The notes under the pieces: generated by a model
Told to the model about the DNA's origin: nothing
Databases searched by the model: none
What the model saw: the letters and a program-made list of their open reading frames with translations, nothing else
Part shown: positions 1 through 9,542 of the stretch, in pieces
How positions within the stretch are numbered: the first letter of the stretch is position 1
Layout: the number at the start of each line of letters is the position of its first letter
Made by a program: the position numbers and the translations under genes
NCBI GenBank assembly: GCA_963771355.1
Contig: CAVYTA010000006.1
Span: 672,001 to 736,000 of the forward strand
Length of the DNA stretch: 64,000 nt
Direction of reading: 5' to 3'
Source: an uncultured Candidatus Rokubacteria bacterium
GTDB taxonomy: Bacteria > Methylomirabilota > Methylomirabilia > Rokubacteriales > CSP1-6

Positions 1-249
1 GCCGCCAAGGAAGCCGCGCTGAAGGCCCTGGGCACGGGTCTGCGCATGGGAGTGACCTGGCGAGAGCTCGAGGTACAGCGCGAGCGAGGACAGGCCCCGA
101 CCATGGTGCTGACGGGCCGCTCCGCCGCGATTGCGCGCGCCAAGGGCGCCTCCCGGATTCTCGTCTCGCTCACCCATGATGGCGATTACGCCTTCGCCCA
201 GGTCATGCTGGTCGGAGAGGCGCCCAACTGCCGCGGGGAGCGCGCCTAG
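1..249 (+). CDS. acpS: Holo-[acyl-carrier-protein] synthase, 5'-truncated by window edge
   Basis: Frame 1 reads AAKEAALKALGTG...W.ELEV...ILVSLTHDGDYAFAQV, matching the AcpS KEA and SLSH motifs; lies upstream of nnr as in many genomes. Confidence 0.93.
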   Translation, partial: AAKEAALKALGTGLRMGVTWRELEVQRERGQAPTMVLTGRSAAIARAKGASRILVSLTHDGDYAFAQVMLVGEAPNCRGERA

Positions 250-340
250 ACCATGGCTTCCCGTGAGCCCGGACCGGTCCCCGTCGCCCTCCGGCGCCTC
301 CGCGTCACCCGTCTCGTCGTGCCCGCCGGCCGCTGAGCCC

Positions 341-1909
341 GTGCTGCCTGTGTTCACCGCCGCCGAGATGCGCGCGCTCGATGCCCGCGCCATTGGGGAG
401 CTGGGCATCCCGGGCACGCAGCTCATGGAGGCGGCGGGCACCGGCGCCGCCCGGCTGATCGCACGGCGATTCGGCCCCCTGCGCGGGCGCCGGGTCGTCA
501 TCCTCTGCGGCAAGGGCAACAATGGCGGCGACGGCTTCGTGGTCGCGCGTCGGCTGCGAGCGGGAGGCGCGCGCGTGGAGGTGTTCCTGCTGGGCCAGCG
601 CCGGGACGTGCGGGGCGACGCGGCGGAGGCGCTGCGGCGTTATGCCGGGCGCGTGGGGGAGATCACCGCGGAGGCGGGGCTCGACGCCCTGGAGCGCGCA
701 GTGGGCGGCGCGCATGTGGTGGTGGACGCGCTGCTCGGGACCGGCGTGGACGGAACGGCGCGGGGACTCGGGGCCTCGGCCATCGAGCGGCTCAATCACG
801 TGACGGCGATGGGTGAAGATCGGCCGCCCCAGCCCCCGGTGGTCGCGCTGGATCTGCCCTCCGGCCTCTCCGCCGATCGCGGCGCTCCGACCGGACCGAC
901 CGTGCGGGCCACCCTGACCGCGACCTTCGGCGGTCACAAGCGCGCGCTGCTACTCGAGCCCGCCGCCGGCTGGGCAGGGCAGGTGGTGGTGATCCCCCTC
1001 GGTCTGCCCGACGGGGAGACCGAGCGAGATGTGACCACGTTTCTCCTGGAGGACGGAGATGCGCGCAGCGCGCTGACGCCGCGTCCCGCGGACGCCCACA
1101 AGGGCCAGTATGGGCACCTGCTCGTCGTCGCCGGCTCGCGCGGCAAGACCGGTGCGGCAGCGCTCGCGGCCCGCGCCGCCCTCCGGAGCGGTGCCGGACT
1201 GGTGACCGTGGCCACGCCCGCCTCCCAGCAGCCCATCATCGCCACGCTCGGCGTGGAGCACATGACCCACGCGCTTCCCGAGACCGCCGCGGGAGCGCTC
1301 GCGAAGGCGGCGCTCGGGCCCATCCGCGAGCTCACCGCCACCATGGACGCGGTCGCGCTGGGGCCGGGTCTCTCGCTCCTTCCCGAGGCACAGGCGCTGG
1401 CGCGTGCGCTCGTGGCCGATCTCCCGCGTCCCATGGTGGTGGACGCCGATGCCTTGAGCGCGCTCGCCGGGCACCTCGACATCCTGGCCGGCGCGCCGGG
1501 GCCGCGGGTGCTCACGCCGCATCCGGGGGAGATGGCGCGCATGCTGGGCGTGACCGTCGCCGAGATCCAGGCGGATCGGCTCGAAGCCACGAGGGCCTTC
1601 GCCGTCGAGCACCGGGTCTGGCTGGTGCTCAAGGGCGCGCGCAGCGTGGTGGCGGCACCGGACGGGCAGGTGTGGATCAATCCCACCGGCAATCCCGGCA
1701 TGGCCAAGGGCGGGTCGGGCGATGTCCTCACCGGGATGGCGGGGGCGTTCCTGGCGCGAGGGCTCACGCCGGCGGCGGCGCTGCAGGCGGCCGTCTACTT
1801 CCACGGCCTCGCGGGCGATCTCGGGCGGGCCGAGCGCGGGGAAGAGGGGCTGCTCGCGAGCGACATCGTGGAGGCCATCCCGCGCGCCCTGTCGCCGGCC
1901 TCGAGATGA
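341..1909 (+). CDS. nnr: Bifunctional NAD(P)H-hydrate epimerase/dehydratase (YjeF/Nnr)
   Basis: GKGNNGGDG, VVDALLGTG, DLPSG, HKGQYG, VVDADAL, LTPHPGEM and GGSGDVLTG motifs; GTG start at 341 inferred. Confidence 0.95.
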   Translation: MLPVFTAAEMRALDARAIGELGIPGTQLMEAAGTGAARLIARRFGPLRGRRVVILCGKGNNGGDGFVVARRLRAGGARVEVFLLGQRRDVRGDAAEALRRYAGRVGEITAEAGLDALERAVGGAHVVVDALLGTGVDGTARGLGASAIERLNHVTAMGEDRPPQPPVVALDLPSGLSADRGAPTGPTVRATLTATFGGHKRALLLEPAAGWAGQVVVIPLGLPDGETERDVTTFLLEDGDARSALTPRPADAHKGQYGHLLVVAGSRGKTGAAALAARAALRSGAGLVTVATPASQQPIIATLGVEHMTHALPETAAGALAKAALGPIRELTATMDAVALGPGLSLLPEAQALARALVADLPRPMVVDADALSALAGHLDILAGAPGPRVLTPHPGEMARMLGVTVAEIQADRLEATRAFAVEHRVWLVLKGARSVVAAPDGQVWINPTGNPGMAKGGSGDVLTGMAGAFLARGLTPAAALQAAVYFHGLAGDLGRAERGEEGLLASDIVEAIPRALSPASR

Positions 1910-2340
1910 GCCGTCGGGCATTCGTGACGCGAAGCCCGGAGGAGACGCGGGCGCTGGGGGAGCGGCTCGGGGCGGGCCTCGCGTCCGGGACGGTGGTGGC
2001 GTGTATCGGCGAGCTGGGCGCGGGGAAGACGTGCTTTCTCCAGGGCCTGGCGCGGGGACTCGGAGTGACCTCGGACGTTACCAGCCCCACCTTCGTGCTC
2101 GTGAACCACTACCGCGGGCGGCTGCCGGTGTTTCATCTCGATGCCTATCGGACCGAAGCCCTCACCGAGGTGCTGGAGCTCGGTCTCGAGGAGATGATGC
2201 ACGGCGACGGGGTCACGGTCATCGAGTGGGCGGACAAGATCCTCCCGCTCTTGCCCGCCGACGCCCTCATGGTCCGGATCCGAGGGCTGGGCGAGGAGCC
2301 CCGCCACATCGAGGTGGAGGAGCCCGGAGCCGAGGCGTGA
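1906..2340 (+). CDS. tsaE: tRNA threonylcarbamoyladenosine biosynthesis ATPase TsaE
   Basis: GELGAGKT, VTSPTFVLVNHY, FHLDAYR and VIEWAD motifs; ATGA overlap with nnr. Confidence 0.95.
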   Translation: MSRRAFVTRSPEETRALGERLGAGLASGTVVACIGELGAGKTCFLQGLARGLGVTSDVTSPTFVLVNHYRGRLPVFHLDAYRTEALTEVLELGLEEMMHGDGVTVIEWADKILPLLPADALMVRIRGLGEEPRHIEVEEPGAEA

Positions 2341-3662
2341 CCCCGGACGGTCCGTCGGGGGAGCCGGCGGGCGCCGTTGCCGGAGCGCGACGGGCCCGAC
2401 TCCTTCTGCTCGCGTTCGTCGCATTCGTCGTGTACGGGTCCTTCTTCCCGTTCTCCTTCCGGGTCGACGCGGCGGAGGTGCAGCGGGACCTGGCGCGATT
2501 CTGGGCGACCCTCGTGCTCTTCGACGGCCACGGTCGGCGCCTGTTCTCGACCATGGATCTGGTGAGCAATCTGTTGCTCGGCGTTCCGGTGGGCTATCTC
2601 CTTGTGCGTGGCCGGCTCATCGGCCAGCAGCTGGCCGTGCGACTCGGCGCCGTGCTGGCAATCGAGCTGGCCTTCGCCGGGGCAGTGGAGATCGGCCAGA
2701 TCCTGGCGCCGACGCGCACCGCCTCCGCCCTCGATGTCATCGCGCAAACGGCCGGCGCCCTCGCGGGCGCGCTGGCGGCGCATGGGCGAAGCGGAGGGGC
2801 CGCGCGTGAGCTCGAGAGCCGGGTCGCCATCCTCGCCATGGCGCGCCCCGCCCTCCTGGTGGTGGCGGGGCTCCTGGTCGTGCTCGCCGCCGACGCGCTC
2901 TATCCCTACGCGCTGACCCTGGACGTCTCGACGGCCTGGGGCAATCTCAAGCGCGGCCAGTGGGTCCCGCTGCAGAGCCTGGGGCACCGCTTCTGGGGAG
3001 ATCTGATCGTGGCCCGTGTGATCCCATATGCCGCGCTGGTGCTGGCTGGCGCGCTCGCCTTCCCGGGTGGGGCCGGCCGCGTCCTGGTCGCCGCGATGGC
3101 GTCGGCGGCGCTCCTGGAGGTGGGGAAGCTCTTCATCGTGGGCCGGGCGCCCCACGTGGACAATGTCATCCTGGCGGCGGTGGGCGCCCTGGTCGGGCTC
3201 GGCATCATGGGAGCCCTGGCGACCACACCGACCGCGCGTGCGCAGGCGCCGGCGCGGCTCGCCGCGCTCGCCGGCGCTCTGTTGGTCTATCGTCAGCTCA
3301 CGCCCTTCGACTTCGTGTTCTCGCTGGACCGCGCGATGGCCAAGGCCGCGCGCATCGAGTGGATCCCCCTGGCGTCCTACTTCTACGCGAACCCCCAGAG
3401 CGCACTCTTCGATCTCGGCACCAAGCTCGCGTGGAGCGCCGCCTTTGGCGCCGCCCTCTGGGCCGCGGGCTCCCGGGCCCCCGGGTGCTGGGGACTCGCC
3501 CTGGGGATCTCGCTCGAGGCACTCCAGCTGGTGCAGATTTCCCACGTGCCGGCGTTGACCGACGTGCTGGCCATCGGCGCGGGCGCGGCCCTGGGTGGCT
3601 GGGCGATCCGACGGTTCCGGGCCGCCCGGCGCGCCGCCCGCGTATCCATCGCGACACATTGA
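2337..3662 (+). CDS. Multi-pass membrane protein with VanZ-like domains
   Basis: YGSFFPFSF, DLVSNLLLGVPVG, VEIGQILAPTRTASALDV and LEALQL..HVPALTDV patterns; GTGA overlap with tsaE. Confidence 0.75.
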   Translation: MTPDGPSGEPAGAVAGARRARLLLLAFVAFVVYGSFFPFSFRVDAAEVQRDLARFWATLVLFDGHGRRLFSTMDLVSNLLLGVPVGYLLVRGRLIGQQLAVRLGAVLAIELAFAGAVEIGQILAPTRTASALDVIAQTAGALAGALAAHGRSGGAARELESRVAILAMARPALLVVAGLLVVLAADALYPYALTLDVSTAWGNLKRGQWVPLQSLGHRFWGDLIVARVIPYAALVLAGALAFPGGAGRVLVAAMASAALLEVGKLFIVGRAPHVDNVILAAVGALVGLGIMGALATTPTARAQAPARLAALAGALLVYRQLTPFDFVFSLDRAMAKAARIEWIPLASYFYANPQSALFDLGTKLAWSAAFGAALWAAGSRAPGCWGLALGISLEALQLVQISHVPALTDVLAIGAGAALGGWAIRRFRAARRAARVSIATH

Positions 3663-3693
3663 CGGCGCCGGCCGAGCCCCGCACAGTCCTCGC

Positions 3694-4380
3694 ATGGCCA
3701 TCGGATCACGCATCGAGGAGTGGCCGCTGGAAGAGCGGCCCCGCGAACGCCTTTACCACCAGGGCGCGGGCGCGCTCGCCGACGGCGAGCTGCTCGCCAT
3801 CCTGCTCGGGACGGGCATGCGTGGCCGCAACGCGGTGGAGCTCGCGCGGGATCTGCTGGTCTCCTTCGGCTCGCTGTCGGCGCTGGCCGGCCGGAGCGTC
3901 GCGGAGCTGGCCGGCCGGCGCGGGGTCGGCCGCGCGAAAGCGGTGCGCCTGGCCGCTGCCTTCGAGCTGAGCCGCCGCTTGCGCTCCCGGAACGGCCATC
4001 CGCGCACGGTGCTGTCGAGCCCGGCCGAGGTGTTCGGGCGCTACGGGCCGCTCATGGAGGATCTCGACAAGGAGGTGTTTCGCGTCGCCCTGCTGGATGC
4101 CCAGAACGGTCTCCTGCGGGACGTGACCGTGTCGGAGGGCACGCTGTCCGCCAGCCTGGTGCATCCGCGAGAGGTCTTCAAGCCGGCCATTCTCGAATCG
4201 GCCGCCTCCATCATCCTGCTGCACAATCACCCCAGCGGCGACCCCACGCCGAGCCGTGAGGACTTGCGCCTCACCCGGCAGCTGGTCGACTGCGCCAAGC
4301 TGCTCGAGCTGCACATCCACGACCACATCGTGATCGGGCGCGGGCGTTTCGTGAGCCTGGCCGAGCGGGGAGCCCTATGA
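3694..4380 (+). CDS. radC: RadC family JAB-domain protein
   Basis: ERPRERL...GAGAL.D.ELLAILLGTG, VHPREVFKPAI, HNHPSGDPTPSRED and DHIVIG motifs. Confidence 0.95.
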   Translation: MAIGSRIEEWPLEERPRERLYHQGAGALADGELLAILLGTGMRGRNAVELARDLLVSFGSLSALAGRSVAELAGRRGVGRAKAVRLAAAFELSRRLRSRNGHPRTVLSSPAEVFGRYGPLMEDLDKEVFRVALLDAQNGLLRDVTVSEGTLSASLVHPREVFKPAILESAASIILLHNHPSGDPTPSREDLRLTRQLVDCAKLLELHIHDHIVIGRGRFVSLAERGAL

Positions 4381-4398
4381 GGGCGGAATACCGAGACG

Positions 4399-4641
4399 CT
4401 AACCCTTGGCGAGCCGCTCCACTTCCTTCTTGCTCATGGCCTGGATGCGTGTGAGCAGGCCCTTCACCTTCCGCTCCGAAGCGTGGTCCGCGAGAATCAG
4501 CTTCTTGGACTTGGTGCCGTTCACGATGTAAGCGACCCAGTCGTCCAGGCTCGGGGTTCCGCGCCACGCGACGGTGAGCCCGTTGAGCCGCATGCGCTTC
4601 CTTCCTTCGACTTTCGCGAGTGGCTTCCGGCTCGCCTCCAT
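4399..4641 (-). CDS. Small basic hypothetical protein (80 aa)
   Basis: ATG preceded by purine-rich GGGGAAGAGAAGG; coherent ORF MEASRKPLAKVEGRKRMRLNGLTVAWRG...; converges on radC. Confidence 0.65.
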   Translation of the reverse strand: MEASRKPLAKVEGRKRMRLNGLTVAWRGTPSLDDWVAYIVNGTKSKKLILADHASERKVKGLLTRIQAMSKKEVERLAKG

Positions 4642-4908
4642 ACCTTCTCTTCCCCTCCCAACGAGTGCACCGCACGTGGGCCCGCGCGGCGACGGATTAT
4701 TCGCGCGCAGGGGGACAAGGTGAGGGATGCCTACGAGTCGTGTCAAGGCTTCGTTTCACCGCTCAGAATGCGCCTTCGTGCGATCCGGCTCCGTGGAACG
4801 TGCGTCGTTGTTGGCTCCGGTGACCGGCCTCGAAGCGGTGGACGGCCGGAGCGTCACATTCTCGGGTCGTGCCCGCCGAAGCGCATCAGAGCGTCCGATT
4901 TTCCCGCC

Positions 4909-4945
4909 TGTGGATGCTGGTGGATAAGTGGATAACCTGGGGACT
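4909..4945. promoter_or_regulatory. Cluster of DnaA-box-like 9-mers
   Basis: GGTGGATAA (4919-4927) and AGTGGATAA (4927-4935) are each one mismatch from TGTGGATAA; weaker TGTGGATGC at 4909. Confidence 0.4.
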
Positions 4946-5933
4946 ATTTGGCACGGGCGGCGAGGGCATCCAGGATGCGCCGGGTCAGGAGCGGGCCCTC
5001 GGTGATGAAGGCGCTGAAGTACGCGCAGGCGTTCGCGCCCGCCTCGAGGGCCCGGCGCGCGGATTCGGGGCTATGGATGCCGCCGGTGGCCACGATCTCG
5101 AGCGCTGAGCCGAAGCGGTTGCGCAGCGCGCGCACGTTCGCGAGCGTCGCGGCGAGGAGAGCGGGTCCGGAGAGCCCTCCCGCGCCCTGCGAGAGCCGCG
5201 GCTCCTCGATGCGGCGCGTATTGCCGTAGTTCACGATGCTGATCCCCGCCTCGAGCGCCGCGGGAACGATGGCGCGGAGATTCTCCTCGTGAAAGTCGGG
5301 CGAGATCTTCACGATGACGGGCTTCGCGGTGGCCGCCCGGACGGCGCCGAACAGTCGGCGCAGCTCGGAGGGTTTCTGGGACCACTCGTAGACCAGACGC
5401 GTGTTCGGGGAGGAGATGTTGATCTCCACCAGATCTCCGAAGGGCGCGAGGCCGCTCACCACCTCCACGTAGTCCTCGATGGATTCGCCCGCGGCCGCGA
5501 CGATGAGGGGCCGGCGGTGGGGCAGGGAGGCCAGCGCGCGGCGATACACGTCGAGCCCAGGATTGTGAAAGCCGTTGCAGTTGACGAAGCCCGGGCCTTC
5601 CGGCGTGGCGACGCGGACGAGATTCGGCTCGGGATGACCGGGCCGCGGCCGCACCGTGATGCTCTTGGTGGTCACCGCGCCGAAGCCGAGGCCCATGGCC
5701 CGCCGGAGAATGGTGGTGTCGTAGTACATCGAGGACAGGATGATGGGGTTGGGCAGCCGGACTCCGCCCAGCGTGGTGGCCAGGCGCGGATCGTCGTTCC
5801 GGAACACCGCCAGCGCGTCGATCGGCAGCGTGCGCAGCGCCCACTGACCCAGTGCGATCGCGGCCGGCTCCGAGAGCCGGGCGAGCACGCCGCGGTAAAG
5901 GGCCTGATAGAGGAGACCGGCCACGCGCACCAT
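4944..5933 (-). CDS. pyrD: Dihydroorotate dehydrogenase (class 2-like)
   Basis: KSITVRPRPGHPEPNLVR, VNCNGFHNPG, VEINISSPNT, KPVIVKISPD, GGLSGP and ATGGIHS motifs. Confidence 0.88.
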   Translation of the reverse strand: MVRVAGLLYQALYRGVLARLSEPAAIALGQWALRTLPIDALAVFRNDDPRLATTLGGVRLPNPIILSSMYYDTTILRRAMGLGFGAVTTKSITVRPRPGHPEPNLVRVATPEGPGFVNCNGFHNPGLDVYRRALASLPHRRPLIVAAAGESIEDYVEVVSGLAPFGDLVEINISSPNTRLVYEWSQKPSELRRLFGAVRAATAKPVIVKISPDFHEENLRAIVPAALEAGISIVNYGNTRRIEEPRLSQGAGGLSGPALLAATLANVRALRNRFGSALEIVATGGIHSPESARRALEAGANACAYFSAFITEGPLLTRRILDALAARAK

Positions 5934-5987
5934 GGTCGAAGTGTGTCGAGAATACCGGACCCCGTCGTGCCTCGCCGAGGTTTTGCC

Positions 5988-6083
5988 TGACAAGATTCTC
6001 AACGGCGCAAAACCAGCCGGACCTGCTCCTCTCGCAGCAGCCCACGAAGTTCGAGCTGGGCATCGGATCAGGTGATCGGGTGA
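5988..6083 (+). pseudogene. C-terminal remnant of ABC transporter substrate-binding protein
   Basis: Reads DKILNGAKPA.L..QQPTKFEL and DQVI-stop, like the longer remnant at 22213-22419. Confidence 0.6.
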
Positions 6084-6466
6084 TGGATCGACCTGCAGCG
6101 AGCCCGAACGGCGTACGTGCGTCTGCTGGGCCCCGTGCTAGCCTCCCGGCCGTGCCCGGTGTGCCTCAGGGCCTCGATCCCCGCCGGCCAGTTGGTCTAA
6201 GGTAGTTCTCCTCGGCGCCGCTCGTCGCCGAGGGACAGACCTTGGGCATCACCAAGGTCATGGTGAAGCCTGAGGGGAGGTGTTCGGCGCTTGAGTAATC
6301 TTTGCCTAACCGAGCTGCTCCCGAATAGCGTCCGCCTGATGCTGGCGGCCATCCTCGAGGAACAAGCGCGATGACAGGCGCCGCCAGGCGGGTATGGCTC
6401 TATTGGCTCACAAGGCGCCGCCAAAATCGATCTCGCGCGGCTGCTCGAGGGTCCGGGGGATGACGT

Positions 6467-6550
6467 TCATCCCTCGAGTAAGTAGGCGATGATCGCGATG
6501 GTGGCGACCACGAGCCAGCGGATGATGGTCAGTCCTACGTCTCGGAGCAT
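6467..6550 (-). CDS. 27-aa hydrophobic single-TM peptide (MLRDVGLTIIRWLVVATIAIIAYLLEG)
   Basis: Manual translation; AGGGGG RBS-like sequence upstream; below the ORF-track length cutoff. Confidence 0.35.
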   Translation of the reverse strand: MLRDVGLTIIRWLVVATIAIIAYLLEG

Positions 6551-6620
6551 GGTCAATCCCCCTACCGACCCTACGCGCGCTGCTCGCCGAACGCCAGAAC
6601 GATGTGGAAAGAGCCGGGGT

Positions 6621-6642
6621 TCTGCAAACACAGAATTGCGGA
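6621..6642. repeat. 22-bp palindrome TCTGCAA-N8-TTGCGGA, copy 1 of 3
   Basis: TCTGCAAACACAGAATTGCGGA; homologs at 7747 and 24732. Confidence 0.85.
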
Positions 6643-6702
6643 CTGTTCCGAAGCGAACACTTTATCGGAGTGAGCGTAAGCTGCCGTGCGGCAGCGAAGC
6701 GG

Positions 6703-6890
6703 CTACTTCTCGCGGCCGCGCTTCAGCGCGCGCTCGATGGCCGGCAGGGCCTCTGGGGCGTGGACGAGCGCGACCGCACGCAGGGCGAGGCCGTCTGTCA
6801 GAAAGCCGGTGAGACGTGATAGAGCTCCAGGCCCCGCTTGCCCTTGCGCTCGTGCTCGACGGCCGGCTCCATGGCCCCGGCGCTCACCTT
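6703..6890 (-). pseudogene. Diverged partial copy of conserved ~90-aa element protein
   Basis: Minus strand gives ...ERKGKRG...TGFLTDGLALRAVALVHAPEALPAIERALKRGREK-stop, homologous to 7789 and 24774 copies. Confidence 0.7.
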
Positions 6891-7329
6891 AGTTCCGCGG
6901 TGTCCCAGCCGTCGGTGTGCGGAAATGGCGAGGACCAGCATTCTGTGTGCACTCGCTGCTCGCCGACAAATGGGCTCGTGTCGGGATTCGAAATGCGGCG
7001 ATCACAGGCCGGGCAGATCGGCTTCTCCTGCGCGTCGAGTTTATTGGTCAACGCTGGCCTCCAAATCCGAAAAGTGTTCCAAAGTGAACACCTTGCGAGG
7101 TCGAAAGCAAGGGTGGATAGCGCCGGGACAAGGGGCGCAACAGAGAGAAGCCGCGATGATCGCGGCTACCAGTCCTAGGGGCCCGCTTGGGCGGGAGCAG
7201 TGGCGGGGATGGCAGTGGCCGTGACACCGCTACGTCTCCAGGTCGGTCGGTCAGCGGAGCGGGCAGGCGCAGCGGGCAGGCGCAGATGTCCGTCAGAAAG
7301 CCAGCGAAGACATGACAATGCTGCAAGCG

Positions 7330-7473
7330 TTACGCAGCGCGCACGATCCTGACGAACATCAGCAGCAGCGCGAGCACGAGCGCGACCGCCCATGCCTGCG
7401 TCCACCAGTTCGGCCCGCCCGCGACCAGGCTCGCGACGGTATTAAACGCAGCGACTCCCGCGACAATCGTCAT
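7330..7473 (-). CDS. 47-aa hydrophobic membrane peptide
   Basis: MTIVAGVAAFNTVASLVAGGPNWWTQAWAVALVLALLLMFVRIVRAA with GAAGGAGAG RBS. Confidence 0.5.
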   Translation of the reverse strand: MTIVAGVAAFNTVASLVAGGPNWWTQAWAVALVLALLLMFVRIVRAA

Positions 7474-7746
7474 GGGGTTGACTCTCCTTCGCGTCCGTCG
7501 CGACGCGCGTTCCTCTAGAAACATGGTGGTATGTGGTGATCGCGCTCTGTCGCATGTTCTCGGATGCGGCCAGGTCTTCAGGAGGCTCGACGCGCTACAT
7601 ATCGGGCAGGGATCCACGGCGCTGACTAACTCGCGGGCCCGCGAATGATGGTCAGTCCGAGGCGGATCCATCGTGCGTCCTCCGGATAACCATAATCGCG
7701 TGTCGTCGCGCCGAGCGCCAGAGTCCTTGAGGAAAATGTGCCAGCG

Positions 7747-7768
7747 TCTGCAAAAACAGAATTGCGGA
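7747..7768. repeat. 22-bp palindrome, copy 2 of 3
   Basis: TCTGCAAAAACAGAATTGCGGA. Confidence 0.85.
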
Positions 7769-7788
7769 GGGGATGCGACGTGACGCCG

Positions 7789-8030
7789 CTACTTTTCGCG
7801 GGCCCGCTTCAAGGCTTTCTCGATCGCGGGCACGGCGTCCGGCAGGTGGACGAGCGCGAGGGCCCGCAGGGCGAGGGCGTCCGTCACGAAGCCGGTGAAC
7901 GTGTAGGGCGTACCTTGCCCTTGCGTGCGCTCGTCTCGGGCTCGACGACCCTGAGCAGACGGGCCGCTACGCGCGAGGTGTTCCTTGCGTGTTTCAAGAG
8001 CACGAGGTATTGCGCCTCGCTCAGGTCGGC
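7789..8030 (-). CDS. Conserved ~90-aa element protein, copy 2 (frameshifted, 5' end uncertain)
   Basis: LSEAQYLVLLKHARNTSRVAARLLRVVEPETSARKGK / PYTFTGFVTDALALRALALVHLPDAVPAIEKALKRAREK; strong DNA similarity to 24774-25010. Confidence 0.7.
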
Positions 8031-8270
8031 CGTGGTCCTGCAAAAGCACGCGGAGCTGGTTCGGGACATGACCGCGGCCGCGCGCTAGTGCCCTCGTGCC
8101 CCGGCCGACCGCGCGGCAGGAGATCCGGGCCTGCATCGCGTGGGTGCGGCGATTCGGCGCGCCCGCGGTCATGGGCCTGAGCCCGGAAGCGTTTGAGGCG
8201 ATGGTGCCGCACATCCTGCGCGGGGCCGTGATGGAAGATCGTGAACGGGAGCGAAAACGAAGGGAGCGAA

Positions 8271-8887
8271 TGATGGCCCAGACGACGAGGACGACACCGA
8301 GCCTGATCGCGCAACTCTATGCCCGTGATGCCGCCCAGGCGGTCGACAACCGGCGGGCTGCGGGTGGCCGTGCCTACCTCGCGCCGCTGGATAACCATGC
8401 CCGCGCCCTCGGTTACCCGGGGGGCATTCTCGCGGCGATCGATGCCGAGGTTGCGGAGCTCGCGGGTTGTGATGACAAGGTCAGGGCCGCGAGCGAGGCG
8501 GCGCTCAAGCAGCATCCCGATCCACCACCGGGGGCGCGGCGCCGAGTTGCCGACGCCGAGCGCGCGCTCCGCAACACGGCCTTGGGCGCGTTGAATGTCC
8601 TCGACAGCAATCCCGCCCTGCTGGCCGACTGGCGGCAGCGCATCACCAGCCTCCCCGACGATGCGGGCCCGAACCACGCTGAGGCCCACTGGCTTTGCAT
8701 CTGGCCGCTGCTGGGTCGCGCGCGTGGGTTGTTCGCGGTTCCCGCGGCGCTCGATGCGCAAGCGCGGGCCCTCGGGGTCCTCGTCGAGGCCGAGCTGGCG
8801 CAGGGCCAGCCCGTCGAGGTGCCGCCGGGCCGCGGGTCGTTGCCTGAGACGGAGCGCCCAAGGCGCGAGGCTCCTAAAGGGCCGTGA
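8271..8887 (+). CDS. Hypothetical element protein (~200 aa), homolog of 19326-19989
   Basis: Shared LRNTALGALNVLDSNP / KTALGALNTLDTNP, PLLGRAR and G.PV.V..G.G.LP segments. Confidence 0.7.
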
Positions 8888-8940
8888 CGGTGACGCACCA
8901 TGATTAGGCCACACAACGCGCGCAGCCGGAGGACCATGTG

Positions 8941-9159
8941 ATGGCCGATGAGATGACGCCTGCAACGACGGACGCGGACACGCTGAAGGGACATTACCTC
9001 ACGGCGCTCCGCGGCGGAGCCAGCCTCGCCGAGCTCGAGCGGCGGGAGTTTGTGGCGACCATCGCCCAGGCGGGGGCGCCGATGCTGCGGCGCTCCTCGG
9101 CCGAGCGCAACAGCATCCGCCAGCGGATCGCGCGGCGGTTCTACACGAAGGGGGCCTAG
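8941..9159 (+). CDS. Small hypothetical protein (MADEMTP...)
   Basis: GGAGG RBS; upstream GCAGCCGGAGGA..GTGATGGCCGA context conserved with the ORF at 20026. Confidence 0.55.
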   Translation: MADEMTPATTDADTLKGHYLTALRGGASLAELERREFVATIAQAGAPMLRRSSAERNSIRQRIARRFYTKGA

Positions 9160-9314
9160 CCGTGATTGTGCCCGACGAGCTCGACCATCCCGCCGCTGGC
9201 CATTTCCTGCCCTCCCAGCCCGCCGAAGGCCAAGAGTAGGGGTCTTACCCTGTCTGCCGGGGAAACTCCGCCTGTAGCGCGCCCGGACGGCGTACGTGCG
9301 CCCGCTGAGGGGGC

Positions 9315-9503
9315 GTGCTAGCCTCCCGGCTATGCCCCGTCTGCAAGAAGGTGCCGATCCACGCCGGCCAGGAGGTGTGCTCCGGCCGGTGCCGGGCCGG
9401 TCGGAGCCGGCAGCGGCAGGCCGAGGCTCAGCGGGAGCGAGACGCGGAGATCCGGGCGCTGCTCGAGGCGGCACTGAAGAAGCTGCAGGAGGGCGTGCCA
9501 TGA
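9315..9503 (+). CDS. Small CxxC...CSxxC zinc-finger/coiled-coil protein
   Basis: CPVCKKVPI...VCSGRCRA...EIRALLEAALKKL; close homolog at 21249, truncated copy near 6135. Confidence 0.7.
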   Translation: MLASRLCPVCKKVPIHAGQEVCSGRCRAGRSRQRQAEAQRERDAEIRALLEAALKKLQEGVP

Positions 9504-9542
9504 ATCGGCGAGTGGCTCCTGTGGAAAGGTAAGGAGAACCCG

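Noticed and set aside
3694..4380. Mobile-element or defence-associated JAB protein
   Set aside because: Full-length RadC with N-terminal helical region in a housekeeping gene run
4750..4945. Chromosomal origin of replication
   Set aside because: Too few boxes, no AT-rich unwinding region and no dnaA/dnaN linkage
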